Shown in pieces: positions 13,952 through 31,625 of a stretch of DNA of 64,000 nucleotides. The notes under the pieces were generated by a model that did no database searches, was not told where the DNA came from, and saw only the letters and a list, made by a program, of their open reading frames with translations. Each line of letters opens with the position of its first letter. The stretch's first letter is position 1. A program made the translations under genes and the position numbers. The stretch is from the human T2T-CHM13v2.0 reference genome, Homo sapiens, in assembly GCF_009914755.1 (NCBI RefSeq), contig NC_060936.1. The stretch is one strand, 5' to 3'.

Positions 13952-14109
13952 TGTAGAGGGAGTATTCTGGTGGGAGGATGCATGACGAACTGGGGGAGAA
14001 GCAACGTGCAGACAGTCCAGTTAGGAGATGACCATAATAGTCCCAGTGGGGACTGGGCAGAAGCAGGGAATATGGAAAGGAGAGTTGGGGGTGAGGGAGA
14101 AGCGAATCA

Positions 14110-14720
14110 AAGATAGTCTTACATTGACCATTTCTCTTTCTGGCCACTCCCGTTTCACTTCCTGCCCTATGTCACCCAAGCACTTCCTATCCGTTAGATT
14201 CCTCAGAGCTGAGCCCCACTCATCTTTTCTCACTTACTCACTCTCCTCCTCACACTCACTTCCTCAGCTTCCATGATGAGCTCTGTGTTGACAACTCCCA
14301 AGTTTATCCTTTTCTTAAATCTTTTCTCTCAGCCCTGCATGCTGATACTGCCACATAGAAACCTCAGGGACTTAGTCTTTTCCTCCTAATCTTTTTTCTC
14401 TTCCAGTTCTCTGAATGTTGATAAATGTAATCATCATCCTCTCAGCCGCTCAAGCCAGAAACCTCAGGATCTTTGACACCCTGTTGATAACTGAGGCTCT
14501 CTCACCCCCGTCCAGTTAATCACCAGGGTCTGCTGATTCTAGGTATAAATTATAGCTTCAATCTGTCCCTTACTTCTCATCTCCATTGCTAACCTCCTCA
14601 GGTAGGCTCCACCTTTCTTCCCTGGACTCATAGTCTTCCCATTACCACTTTTGCCACACACTGAGCTGTTCTCTAAATAATTCCTTTAAAAATAAAAATC
14701 AGATTTATTTATTTCTTCTG
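14110..14720 (+). mobile_element. L2 fragment
   Basis: Pyrimidine-rich L2 text (gctcaagccagaaacctcagg, ttaatcaccagggtctgctgattc). Approximate. Confidence 0.6.
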
Positions 14721-15760
14721 TGAGGTGTAATGGAATTTTCCCGGTAATTTATCTGCCACATTACAGAATGTCACAGGATAAAGGGTTAATTAATTTCAGT
14801 TAATTTATTTAATAATATTTGTCCATTTAATGTTTCCATAGCCCTGTTGAGCAGGTACTGTTGGGAAATATCACTAAAAAGATGGCACAGTCTATATCCC
14901 TTTGAGGCATATATTCCAATGAGAAAGACAGACATTAATCAAATAATTACACAAATAACTCAACAATTAAAGTTGTGAGAAGTGACATTTAAGGAGAAGT
15001 ATAAGGTGTGCTGTGAGCATATAAGGAGTAAACCTCAGCTAGCTGCGGGACCAGGGAATATCTCCATGAAGAGGAAACGGAGCAAAGGAGATTCTAGGAA
15101 GGGGGAACTGCATGTGCAAAGATAGGAGGGAAATACTTTTCTTCAATGGAATACAATTTAAAATGTTAATAGAATATAGAAACTGACAACTGCATTTAGA
15201 TGGAATGGAGTCTTGAATTTTCTGGAAACGACTTAGTCTATTGCCACCTAATTATGAAACTTGAATAAAATGGTTATATTAAATACTTGGACATGTTACC
15301 TCAAGTCAATTCAATAATCTGTTGGCTCACTTTCTTAGGTGTTATAGATTAAAAGTAAGTATTTTTTCCTTCAGTATTATATTCCAATTAAGATGATACT
15401 ATATGTACATAAAAATATATGACATATATATGTATTATACTATTATAACATATGATGTAAAATTAAGAGCCAAAATGGTATAAAAAAGCAGTTCTAAATT
15501 TTTAATATTCTTACACTTCACACTCTAAATAGAAAAGTATCGACCTCAGAGTTTTTTTTTAATGTGGATATATCTGTTGATATCTACTATATTAGAACTT
15601 AAAACACTTAAAACTGAGAAATTTAAAAAATATGTATTAATTCATGTAAATATAACATACACATTAATATAAATATGTAGAATGTCTTCTAAAACAGTAA
15701 GAAGGGTATCATTTTTTATACATTTTGCAGATCTCTTTAAGAAAAGACAGCTGGATTCTT

Positions 15761-19767
<4,007 letters not shown>

Positions 19768-22578
19768 AAAGACAGCTGGATTCTTATATCTGCTTCTGCA
19801 CTTAAAAGTTGCAATATATTGTTTTGGTTGAAGTAAATGAAGATGATTCAGTCTTACATAGACAGGTAGTCAGTAAAAGGAAGCGTATTTTAAAGCCTTT
19901 TCAGATAATTGTGGATGTTCTTCTTGGATTGCACAATGAAACTCAACAAGTGGTAGTTTATAAAGGTTAGTTGCAATGTGGAATGTTGAAACTGTATTAA
20001 TAAATTTTCGCTACTTGCCTTGCGTTTTGAAAGGACCTTTACCCAAGCATGATTTTTGCCACCATGCTTAGGTCAGTTGGAAGGTATCGATTCACTAAGT
20101 TAAGTAGATTTTACAAATGTTTATTCATTTCATTATATGATATGAAAAAAAATCACATGTGTTAACATTACCTTCAGTCTCAACGGAAAAGTCATTGACA
20201 GTTAAGAAGCTGTCAAATTCACAGTGGTGAATTTAATTGTCCTAAATTCTAATATTTGGTTGAAAACTTGTATTTTGTCACTAACAGGAAATGTTGTCAG
20301 TTGTTTTCCTTGAAATGACAGTCGCGTGTTGTTCATTTTCGAGAAAGTATCTGCTAAATACTCGTCTGTGTAACCAAGTTTTGTGTCAGTCATCTGTCAA
20401 GTAAAAATGGTATTCTGTGGGAAAAAAAAGGCAGTTTTAATGCACAACTCAAAAATCCTGCAATCCCTTTCCCTTGAGACAATCATCATACTTCTGTGTG
20501 CAACAGAAATGCTGAATGGGTACTTCCATTTCTCCCCACAGAATATTAAAAAGATGTGTACTCAATGCTCAAGATTTAGTAAAGTTAGTACTTATTACTG
20601 CGCCATCAAGAACATTCTTAAGGGAAGTGACAACTTGTTTTTTTCACTGTGAGCATGTGGTGGTGAAGAATGCGTGGTAGTCCAGTCTGGTGCCAATGTG
20701 GGATTGTGCTAAGGTGCTGGCAGTTTTACCCACCATGACTTTTGCACCATCATTGCAGATGGTAATGCAGTTAGAAAGGCAAATAACATCTAGTATTATT
20801 ATGAAAATGGTTTTGATCTTGCAGGTTCCCCAGAGGTCTGTGGAGCACACATCCATTGGCACAGAGGGTGATACGAGAAGAGAGAAAGAAACATGAACCC
20901 AAGTTGGTAGGAAGGCTTGGAAGTTCTTCCAAGGAAGAACTGAGCTGGACCTTAAAGGAGAGTTAAGATTTGGATAGGTGGTAAGGAGTAGGTGGTTAGG
21001 AGAGCAGGAGAGGATTTCAGGACAGAGAAACCATGGGAGCAAAGGAGTAGAGAGAGGAAGGACCATGACATAGTCAAAAGACTAATGAGAAAGATAGTTG
21101 GGTTGGAAGGTTGGGAATGGGGAGTAATGGTTTATAAAATGTGGCATATAATCAGATTATAAGGCATTTGAAAAGTTTGGACTTCCTCTAGAGGTTGCTG
21201 AGAGTAACTAATGGTTTTTGACCCCTTCTGTGACTTGCTGAGCATATTGGTTTAGGAACATCTTTCTGGTGGCAGTGTAAAAGGTAAGTTGGTGAACAGG
21301 AGAACTGGATGCAAGGAGACCAATGGGTTGTTAATTGTAACCTCATTAGTAGCGGTCAAGAGCACAGACTAGAACGATGGCAATAGATGGAACAGATTGA
21401 AAGCTAAAGTAACTGCCTCAGAGGTAGAGGCAATATGAGAACTAAAGATGAAAAAGTCAAAGGTCACCTATATTTTATATTGCATAACCCCAACTGCTTG
21501 CCAAGGACATTGTCTATTAGGGAAATGTAAAAAAAATTGGGTGCTTTTATATATGGTCCCACATATGACTTTATCCTCCCAAAAAATCAGAATGCTTCCT
21601 TTTTTCCAATAGCAGGACTATATCATTGAACGTATTTTCCTTTTGCCCTGCTGCCAAGAGGCTTTGTGCCAGTTTTCATGTTAAGATCACGACAACTACA
21701 ATTGTCTCAATGGTTAGTACATTTTCTTCCTCCTACCTTCTCTGGCTCTGGTTCTGTTTATAATTCTTTAATGGTATTGTATTTATTCTTCTTGACACCA
21801 GATGTCTTACGTCTTCTTTTGAAAGAGGCTAGGAGAAGGGGAGAATACAATTTAATCGCTCTTAACATATTCTATTCTTTTGTGGAATAAGGCCCTCCTC
21901 TTTATCACACTTTACTCAGAATCTGAAGAAAGACTAAAAGCCTCTGATGTCCAAAACCAAAGCACTACTCCTTAATTTGAGAGAATTTCAACAAATTCAG
22001 TTAATCTGGTTGCCCAATTCAAAGCATGTTAGAAGCAGCAGGTAATAGGGTAACACAACACCTATTAAAGACAGCTAAAAGAAGTAATCCCTGATAATCT
22101 GAGTAACAGCAGAGAGAAGAAGCAAGATGCAGGTGGAAGTTTCTGATGATTATGAGCTATGTGAATGTACCCAACACAGGTAGTAATGAATAAAGAACGG
22201 TTACCTATTAAGGTAGAGAATACCATTGTGAAAGCTCACATTTATTGAGCTTTTACTATATTCCAGGTTTTGTGCCATTGCCTTGCATGCATCATCTCAC
22301 TTAATCTTCACAATTACCCTGCCTTTCTATGATTTTCCCTTTTTACAAATGAGTCAGTTTAGTTTTAAAGAGATACAATATACACACAAAGGCACATGGC
22401 TAGTTGTACATGGCATAGTTAAGGTTTGAAGCTAGTAGCTCTGCCAGATACCAAAGTCTGTGTTCTTTATTCTCATTTTGGACTCTTTTCATTTACCTGC
22501 TAAATAATAATAGCTTATGTTCAATATATCCTCTTTTAAGAGAGTTTTGTAAGGTTTTTTTTTATTTACTATCTATAG

Positions 22579-22927
<349 letters not shown>

Positions 22928-25779
22928 TGCACCACTGTTTTAAATGAGACATTCATTTTTTAAAATTGTGTTTTGGAAACATCTGTGCATCCCTATTTCC
23001 ACACCACAAAGAACAGCCATTCTTGTAAACTGCTTTTTGAGTTAAAGGAAGAAAAGTAATATCTATATAAAACATGAATCAACTGGTAGGAATTGTCACA
23101 ATCCTTTGCTTTGCTGGGCACTAGGTACTCTGATTTGTTTTTCTTCCTCTAGCTTTGAATGAAGTTGCAAACGTTGATTTCCAGAGCAGTCGTCTGAGAT
23201 TATGGCCCAGGGGTACATGTGACATAAGCGGTTGACTAGGGAATTACAGATTATGACAGCACTCTTGAGTAGCTGAAAAGCTAAAAATAGCCCAGGGCAG
23301 TTCTAAGACTGGAAATGGAAACCTACTGTAAAAGATGAGTTCACCAAAGAAATTGTACCAGGAAAAACCCTTAGATGACTTTCAAACATGTGTCACTATG
23401 GGAGTGACAGATTGTAACATTAAGGGAAGCTGCAGAAGAATTATCTGAGAACCTAGTAAAGAACCCAAGACTTCCTACTTTGGTTATGCCCCCACTTACA
23501 CCTTACTTATCTTCTTCATCTCAGCTTAAGTCTAAATAGCTATAGCTTAAAATTTGAGGGACTGCTAACCTGACACAGGTGTCTACTAACTTGACACAGT
23601 CACATGTGACACAGGTGACTTAGAAAAGGTGGGCAATTCACAGCTATCGATTTGGTGACTGATTTGGTATTTGTGAGTCGTGACCAGTTTTGTGGTCTAA
23701 GAACCAAACATAGGTAAGCTAAAGATAGTTGAAGTATATAAATAAGAAGAATCAGAGGATGAGCAGAGGGGAACATACAGTTACGAAGTCAAGCTACATT
23801 TGTTGTTCCATAAAACTAAGGATCTTAAAGTTTGTGGATAGAATATTGTGAAAGTTCACTAAATCATAAAGAATCTGGTTGTAGCAATATTATTTTGGTT
23901 CCAACTGATTCCAGAATATAAGATTGGAGCTATTTCTTTAAAAGTTTAGAAATGTAATTTAGGACAACTCTCTTGTCTAAGTGGAAAACCTACAGATCAT
24001 TATTCCTCAGGAGACGGTACAAACTGGAAATGCTCACAGGGTCAAAAAAGCTTGAAGTAAGCATGGCTGGATATTAAGTCCATAGTGGATATTAAAGCAA
24101 GATGCCTTGAGGATATTTGAACCTTAAGAGTTTAGCCTCTAGGAGGATAATCATTCACTCTCACAAATGTCCTTTTTTACCACCTGTCTTGTTTTATTAT
24201 ATCTATCTTTTGTAATGCTTTATTGGGAATATCTTAAAGTTTGATCTCTCCTACATTTCTTTTACCAACATTACCACTTCCAGATGAGAACAGTGCAAAT
24301 GGATGATGATGTCTTCTAGAAAAGGAGAGTATAAAAACAACCACTATAGGCATTTTCACATTTTTTTCTTTTCATTTATTGACTATTTATTGTTCTGCTT
24401 TTCTGCAGATCACCTCTAAGGAAGGCTAAATTGAGATTTTTAAAATGATCAAAAGTCTGTGGGAAAACAGGAAAGCCAAATATATATATATTTAGTCATG
24501 CTAATGAAAATTACAATTATAACTCTGTGGGTTTACGAAAAAGATTCAGTAAGAGTCCTCTACCCCATAAGAAGGCTCCTAACTCAGCATCTTCCACCCT
24601 TGTTAATTAATGACATTTAAGGAAGTTTTATTTTAAATGTCATTTCAAAGTTCTGTTTTCATATTTCCTCTACCCTTTTTCAGAAATTTAAAGAATACTG
24701 AAAATCCTATGAGAACTCCATTTGATAAAAGTACTGCTTCCTTGGCATGAACTAGAGGGAAATATTTAATACTCATTATGCTCAAGGCATTGCGCCTTCA
24801 TCCTTACCAGGGTCTAAAATGTGGTATTCTAATGATAGAACTCTAGAGTTTAACACAGGCAAATGGAAACAGAGGTAAAATCAGGAAGCCATTGATATGT
24901 GAACATTCCCTTGCATACAAGGCATTTCATGGCACAATCTAATGGTATTTATAAGTGAACTACATCTATCCTTGATGAGAAATGACTGAAAATAACAAGT
25001 TCAGGACTAGTTATAGCCATTTACTTATATAAAACACAAGACTGTTTTTTAAGAATTTCTACATATTTTAACTTGCAACAGAAATTATTTGTGTACCAAT
25101 AATAAGTAGTATGTTTTGAATCTAAAGAAATATGTGAGTCAAAATACACAATTGATAACCTGGTAGTTATGCAGGCGGCATGTAAATTATAATGGAAAGT
25201 CGGTCAACAGGCTGGTGCCCTTCTAAAATTAGCATGCCACATTCCAGTTGAGTGTCCACATTACAGAAAACATGCTCACCTTGCTAAACCCAGGGCTGCT
25301 TGACGGTGCCCTGAAATATTTCTCCCTTTTCCTTTTGGGACTAATTTAGTAAAAATGAACTCTTTCAAGGTCACTGTATACATCATTTCCTATTTTGTTT
25401 TTCATGACCACAACCCCAGATTGTGCTGGGACACCATCCACTCCCAGCAGCTGCTGCCCCTTCTGAAGCTGTCTTATTCAGCCACCTGTTCAAATGGATA
25501 CCAGGGTTCACAGTGGCTGTAAATCACACCATTTCTGGGTTTGGATTGCTTGGTGCAAGCACCATCCAGGGATGCATAGGAACCTCTCATAACCAGTCTC
25601 TCCATAACTCAGGTTGAGTGCTTACCTTTGAAGAGATATTTGGTGCCCTCCCCCACTTAGCAGTCTTCTCTTAGCAGACAGAAGTCCCATACTGAACCAC
25701 ATGGAATCATATAGGCCTAGTCTGTATTGCCCTTTACCCCACTTACTCAGTTACCTGTGTGGTTTTCAGGATTTCATCA

Positions 25780-26550
25780 GTAAGAAGACCCAAGACAATC
25801 TACTGAAAAGTGTTTAAATAATAAGATTGTTCAAATAAGTGAAAGATAGTAATAAGCACTCCACAAAAAAAAAGAGTATTTCATTTGGGCAGTATCCATA
25901 GCAAAGTTAGAGCTCTCTAGTTAAAAGGTGTACATGAAAAAAACAAAATACATATTTTGACTATCATATTGGGAAAAGTAGAAAACACTGAAGTCAAATG
26001 AGGGTGGAGCAAAGCACTCATACCCTCTGGTGGATACGTTGATTTTATAAATATTTTGGATGACAGTTTAGCAACCAGTGTATCAAAAGCTTTTAAAAAG
26101 GCTGTGCCACTTAAAATCTGCTTCTGGAATTTAGTAATTGAACATGTGCACAGATACATATGTACAAAGATGCTCATTGCAGCAGTGTTTATAAAGGCAG
26201 AAAATTGGAGACTACTTCTGTGCTCATCAGTGGAGGAACTGTTTTACTAAATTATATTGCAGCTATTACACATGTTGTAAAGCTTTCTATAAAGCTAGCA
26301 AGTGTCTATAATAGATGTTTATAAAACAGTATGTATAATATGGTATCATTTTGGTTAGTGTGTTTGTGTGCTCTTGCATGCATGTATGTCCATCTAAGCC
26401 TGAAAGGATGTACTCCAAAATTTTAAGAAACTTAGCTCATGTCTAGGAGATGGGATTACATATGACTTTTATTTTTTCTGTATACATTTTTGGATCTTCA
26501 GAATTTTTTTGTGTTGAGTATATATTTTATCAGAAAAAAAAATTTTATTC
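25780..26550 (+). mobile_element. Old L1M (L1ME-like) 3' fragment
   Basis: tgtacaaagatgctcattgcagcagtgtttataaaggcagaaaattgg (decayed ORF2 C-terminus/3'UTR). Confidence 0.65.
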
Positions 26551-29500
26551 TAAGAAAAAAATAAACCTGAGCCCTTGAGTTCTCAGCAGAGAACTCACGG
26601 TGAACAAGCCAGACCTGGCCACTAATCTTCAGAAGCTGATAGTGTGGTTTAACAGGGCAGGAAGCAGACAGTGTGACTTGTACAAAAATCATTCTGGGCC
26701 ATTCCTGAGTACACCTTGATCATCATAGAGTCACAACCAAGGGATGTTCTTGGAACATCCTGACACATTTGACTCTAAAACAGACTTGGAGTCCAAGCTT
26801 CAGGATGCATTTTCATCCTTGAATGGGCTCCTTTTCCACTGTGCTTCTTTGCTGTCTGCACATTCCTGAATGCCTGGTCAGGTCAAAAACAAGCTCATTT
26901 ACTCCCTACAGCACACACCATTTACTGAGCTGACTTCCTGTGTGGCTCCCCTGTGTGTCCAGAGTTACTATGTTACTTCCTTTCCTCCCCACCCCAGCTT
27001 CCACAATACTTGTCTTTCCACCTTCGGAAGTCAGCCTTCCATACCTGCAGTTCTTGGCACTTTTTTGGCTCAATTATTACTGTTTTTCTTGAACTTTGTA
27101 GTTTGCATTTTGATAAAAATGAAAAAAATTTGACCTAGTGTCTTCTATCTCTGCAATATTTTTGCACCGTTTTGTTGGAAAAAACGTTCTACTTATTACT
27201 CATGCCTTGACTCTGATGCCTGAGCTCTGCAACAGTTAGGAAAAACACTTAGGAATATGTGTCATTCATAACTGCATAGCATGTAAATAAAATTTTATTA
27301 TGTTTCATATTTTGAGAAATCTAAATATTTACGTAAAGGCTTTTGCTTCTAATCTTTTGTTTCCCTAGAACTTGCTATGTACCTGGATTCACAATTTACT
27401 GAAAAATAGAAGATTCCATATTTTTACTTTAGTAGTTGTCTATTATTACAGTTTTTTTCCCTTTGTGTTCTTCTTGGAATTAACTACTTTTTCTTGTCTT
27501 AAAAATTGTAGAGAGCCCCATGTTTTTTCCATATTTGCACATCAGTTACAATTCAAATTATGTGAATGTTTTGATACTTACTTTTCGTAGTGTAATTCTT
27601 CAACTTTATTGTTAGACAGTAAACCTTTCTTGCATCCTGCTAGGCGTAAAGGTTGAGAGACCATTAACCCAAATGAGCCTGGAATACTCTCCAATCTCAG
27701 TAAATGACAACCGTGTCAGGGGAGGAATAGGCTATTTGGGAATTCCCATACAGTAAGTCAATCTCACTTGCTGTCCAAGGCAACTTTCAAACACCCTTAC
27801 ACATGAACAAGAATTTGAGCAAAGATCCTAATCTGACTGCTTTTATTCAGATCTTGGACAAATAATTTAACTTCAGCATTTTAACTATCTGTTTTTATTT
27901 AGGCCAGTTCTGTTATTTGTTACATATTCTTTCCAGGCTAGTGATATTAGTTTCTCCCTTTTTCCCCATTATGTGGTAGAATGTCTTCTGCCAAGAGATA
28001 GGAAACCTGGATTTCACAGCAGTAGAGACTGGCACTCTTTTCTCTAGTATTGCATTCTAATAGTACCATATTGGAGTTTGACCTACTTATTACACACAGG
28101 CAAATGTTGCCAAGTCGGTGAGGTTTTCCTCCAAATAAAGGGCCATGGTCTTGCATCACACATGGGAGGTTTGCATGCAGACCAGATTATCTGGGAGCTA
28201 ACTGCCAACCTGTGCCACTGTGCAAGGGAAGAGTGCCTGGAGCCATGTACAGATGTGGTTCTCATTCCAGGCCTAATTCTTCAGAACTTAACTTCCGTGA
28301 GCTCCTGCTGGACTCCACCAAAGGCAACAGAATGTGGGCTACAGAGAACAAGTTGCTTTTTGTACATTTTTCAGATGTTTGCAATGATGACCAGGTTTTC
28401 CTGACTATATTCCACTGGACCCCACTTCCCCTTTGTTCTTCTGAGAAATTATATATATATATTTTTCTCCATGCACAATTTTCCTCTAGCAATAGCCCTG
28501 GTTGTCACCCATAGTATAGTCCTCATTGAAAGTAAGAGAAATTGAATGGACCTAAAGGACTCTGTGGCTGAAATGAAAAAGACATGGCTCAGCATTTTCA
28601 TATAGTTTTAAATACTCTTAAAGTTTATTGATTTGAAATAACTGAAATTGCAAATATAAGAATTGGATAGTGATATCAGCCTAAGACATGGATGTGTCTT
28701 TGTTTTCCTAGCCCTTTATTGCCCTGGATAGGAAAGGTCTCATGGCAGTCACGCTGTTTGTGCTTAGAATTCCTGGTTAAATGCACTGGATGAAGGTGCA
28801 TTGAGATGGGTTACATCAGCAGCATTCATTCTGCTGGTGAAAAAACCTGCCAATTAGGAACTTCAGATACTGGTAATAAACCTTCATGTGTTCCACAGTG
28901 GAAAAGGGGAAAGGAATGATAAATATCACGTTTCATATAAGTATCAAAAAATATGTTTTCAAAAGTGAGAAGAAAAGGAGAAAGTGGTGTGTGGTAAAAT
29001 TGCGTAGCTTCTGTGCTAATTGATAATGAAGAGGAGAATTAATCACATTTAATGAACACAATGTACAAGTTATACAAATGATTGCAAAATGAAATCTTAT
29101 CAGTTTTTAATGAATCATAGAAAACTTTTCAGTATCACGTAGTTAAAAAGCAGTCGATTCTTAACAAAATTAACATGAGCATTCTGACAAGCTGTGTGAG
29201 AACACAAATTCAAATCATTCCTCAGAGTAAATTAGAACAATTCTATCCAACTCCATATGTTCACAGGTATTTTTGTATTTGGTCTCTGTTCTGCCATCAT
29301 TTCCTTTTAAACCATAAGGATTTTAAGCTCTAAACTAAAGGCTTCTATATTTTGTTGTTGCTGGTTCTTTTGGTTTTTTAAAATTTGTTTGCTAGGAATG
29401 AGGGACATCATTTGTAGATTAGGGGACGAACACCAATGACTAGTGCAGCTTTTGTTTATATGGGAGTATCTTTTGGCATTTGTTTGAAGTTGTCCCATGA

Positions 29501-29989
29501 TACCTTCTATAAAGCGGTGAAGTAAGTCCAAAAAGAAGTCATGAAAAATGGTAAAAGGTTAGAAAATAAGACATAAGAAGGATGAGATTTTCATCAACAG
29601 TGCTTTGTCTTAGATTTTTCTTCTTGTTAAATAAACTTCACCCCCTTGGATAGGCAGTTTTTTTTACTATGTTCGTTTTCAATCTTGATATGCCTTTGCT
29701 GCTTGAGGTGAAAATAATTCTGGGATGATTGTGTTACATATGTAATATTGACATGTTCTCATGAGTTTATAGAATAATGCTGTACTGTTCAATTCAAATA
29801 CTTCCTTTCACCAAGAATAGACCATGTTTGCCATGTCAGTCATAGTGGCCATGACTGTTTGGTAAGCTAACTAGTAGTGGATGTATTTCTCTTTCACAAT
29901 AAACCTATTAAAGCTTGAAAATTAACACTTATAAGTCAGCATTTTTTCAAAAAATTATATATTACAATTTGTTTTTCTGTTTTACACAG

Positions 29990-30118
29990 GAAGAATTTAA
30001 TGGAAAACCTGACTCCCTCTTTTTTAATGATGGCCAGCGAAGAATTGACTTTGTTCTAGTATATGAGGATGAAAGCAGAAAAGAGACCAATAAAAAGGGT
30101 ACAAATGAAAAACAAAGG
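29990..30118 (+). CDS. ANO6: ANO6 exon 3 (129 nt): EEFNGKPDSLFFNDGQRRIDFVLVYEDESRKETNKKGTNEKQR
   Basis: Acceptor tttttctgttttacacag, donor AGG|gtaagt; lies within ORF 29915..30343; conserved anoctamin F-x-DG-x-R-x-IDFVLVY motif. Confidence 0.97.
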
Positions 30119-30967
30119 GTAAGTTTTTATGCTATTTTCCTTTCTTTTTATTTCTTATATTGTAACATGAAAAAACTGCTATTTTGTATAAGTAATAAAG
30201 TGAAACTGATGTTGAAATATCATACACAAAACAGTTTCATATTTTCTCTGCTCATGTTTTCTCAAAGCATATTAACAAAACGTTTTTTAAATATGAATCA
30301 GAAACTTCCTCAGGCTCTTAACCTCATTTGGTTTCACAGCTGAAAGCAGACTTTCTTTCAAGGAATTGGACTTTCTATTGTACAGAAGAGATTTACCTTA
30401 AGCATGCCTGGCTATTCAATTAGGTGGCATAGGAAGCTAATGATTAATAATGACAAGTGTAATAACAACTAGCTTTCAATGTGTGCTCACTCAGGTATTG
30501 TACATACATTTGCATACGTGTTCTCCTTTCATACAGCATGAAGTGGGTTCTATAATCACACCATTTTATGGATGATAGAGATGACCCTTAGGTTAGATGA
30601 ATATACAAGGTCATGGAATCTAGTCTAGCAAGTGGTGAAGCCATGGTTCAAACTGTCTTGAATATGGAGACTGCTCTTGACCTCGCATTTTTCTCTGTTA
30701 CCTCCCTTTCATTCATTGCATTGCCAGTCAAGCTGCTCTCTTCTCCCTTTCCTTTGCACCAAGCTTTTTTAAGTAAAAGGCCATCTTTATCTCAGGATAT
30801 TAAAACAGTAGGGCAGGTTTATAAACAACTCCCTGGAACGTTTTTACCTGTACCTAAACTGCATTAAACTAAAACAGACCAAAAAAGATTGCATATGTGT
30901 GTTACTTTCACCCACTTTAGAAATCATTCCTCATCCTTTTTTTCTTCCCCTTTTCACATATATGTGT

Positions 30968-30988
30968 GCTCTCTCCCTCTCTCTCTGT

Positions 30989-31023
<35 letters not shown>

Positions 31024-31024
31024 A
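30968..31024. repeat. (CT)n(CA)n compound microsatellite
   Basis: Read directly. Confidence 0.9.
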
Positions 31025-31261
31025 AACTTTAATTGTCCCTGTCTAGACTGTCTCCTTGAAATATGCCAACTTTAAATCTATTGATTTTTGCCCATTCTTT
31101 CAAATCAAGCGATAAAACCTTTTAAAAAATGAAGTAATCAGTACTGTTTTATTCATCTGTTTGTTTCAGAGGGGGTTAAGTTTGGCATTTTATATTTGCG
31201 TGGTGGAATAGAATGAGCCCAGACTTTGGAAACTGACCTTCAAGTTCTAATTCTGCCACTC

Positions 31262-31625
31262 TGTTGGAGTAATTCTAGTTGTAACAAACAAGCTCCCAGA
31301 TGACAGGGACTTAACACAAAAACAGAGTGTTTATTGTTCACGTCAAGGTCAAATGTAGCATCCCTGTTTGGCACATAGTTTGGGGTTGGGCCTCTGTCCT
31401 TTGCAGTTATCAAGAAACCCAAGCCTGACAGAAGCTCTGCCATATTCGCCAGGTAGACTCCCAGGTCATCCCGAATATCAACATAGATAAATGGTAGATA
31501 AGATGAAGAAAGTACTCATGCTTCTTTACCACTTTGGCCTCAAAGTAACTACATCAGTTGTGCTCATATGCTACTGGTCAGAACTCAGAAGAGTGGAAAG
31601 TATCGTTTCTGGCTGGGTAGCTATG
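31262..31625. mobile_element. Old MLT1-type MaLR LTR inserted in a MIR
   Basis: ctagttgtaacaaacaagctcccagatgacagggacttaacacaa...; MIR halves on both sides (31205-31260; tgtgacttaggcaa at about 31625). Confidence 0.55.
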
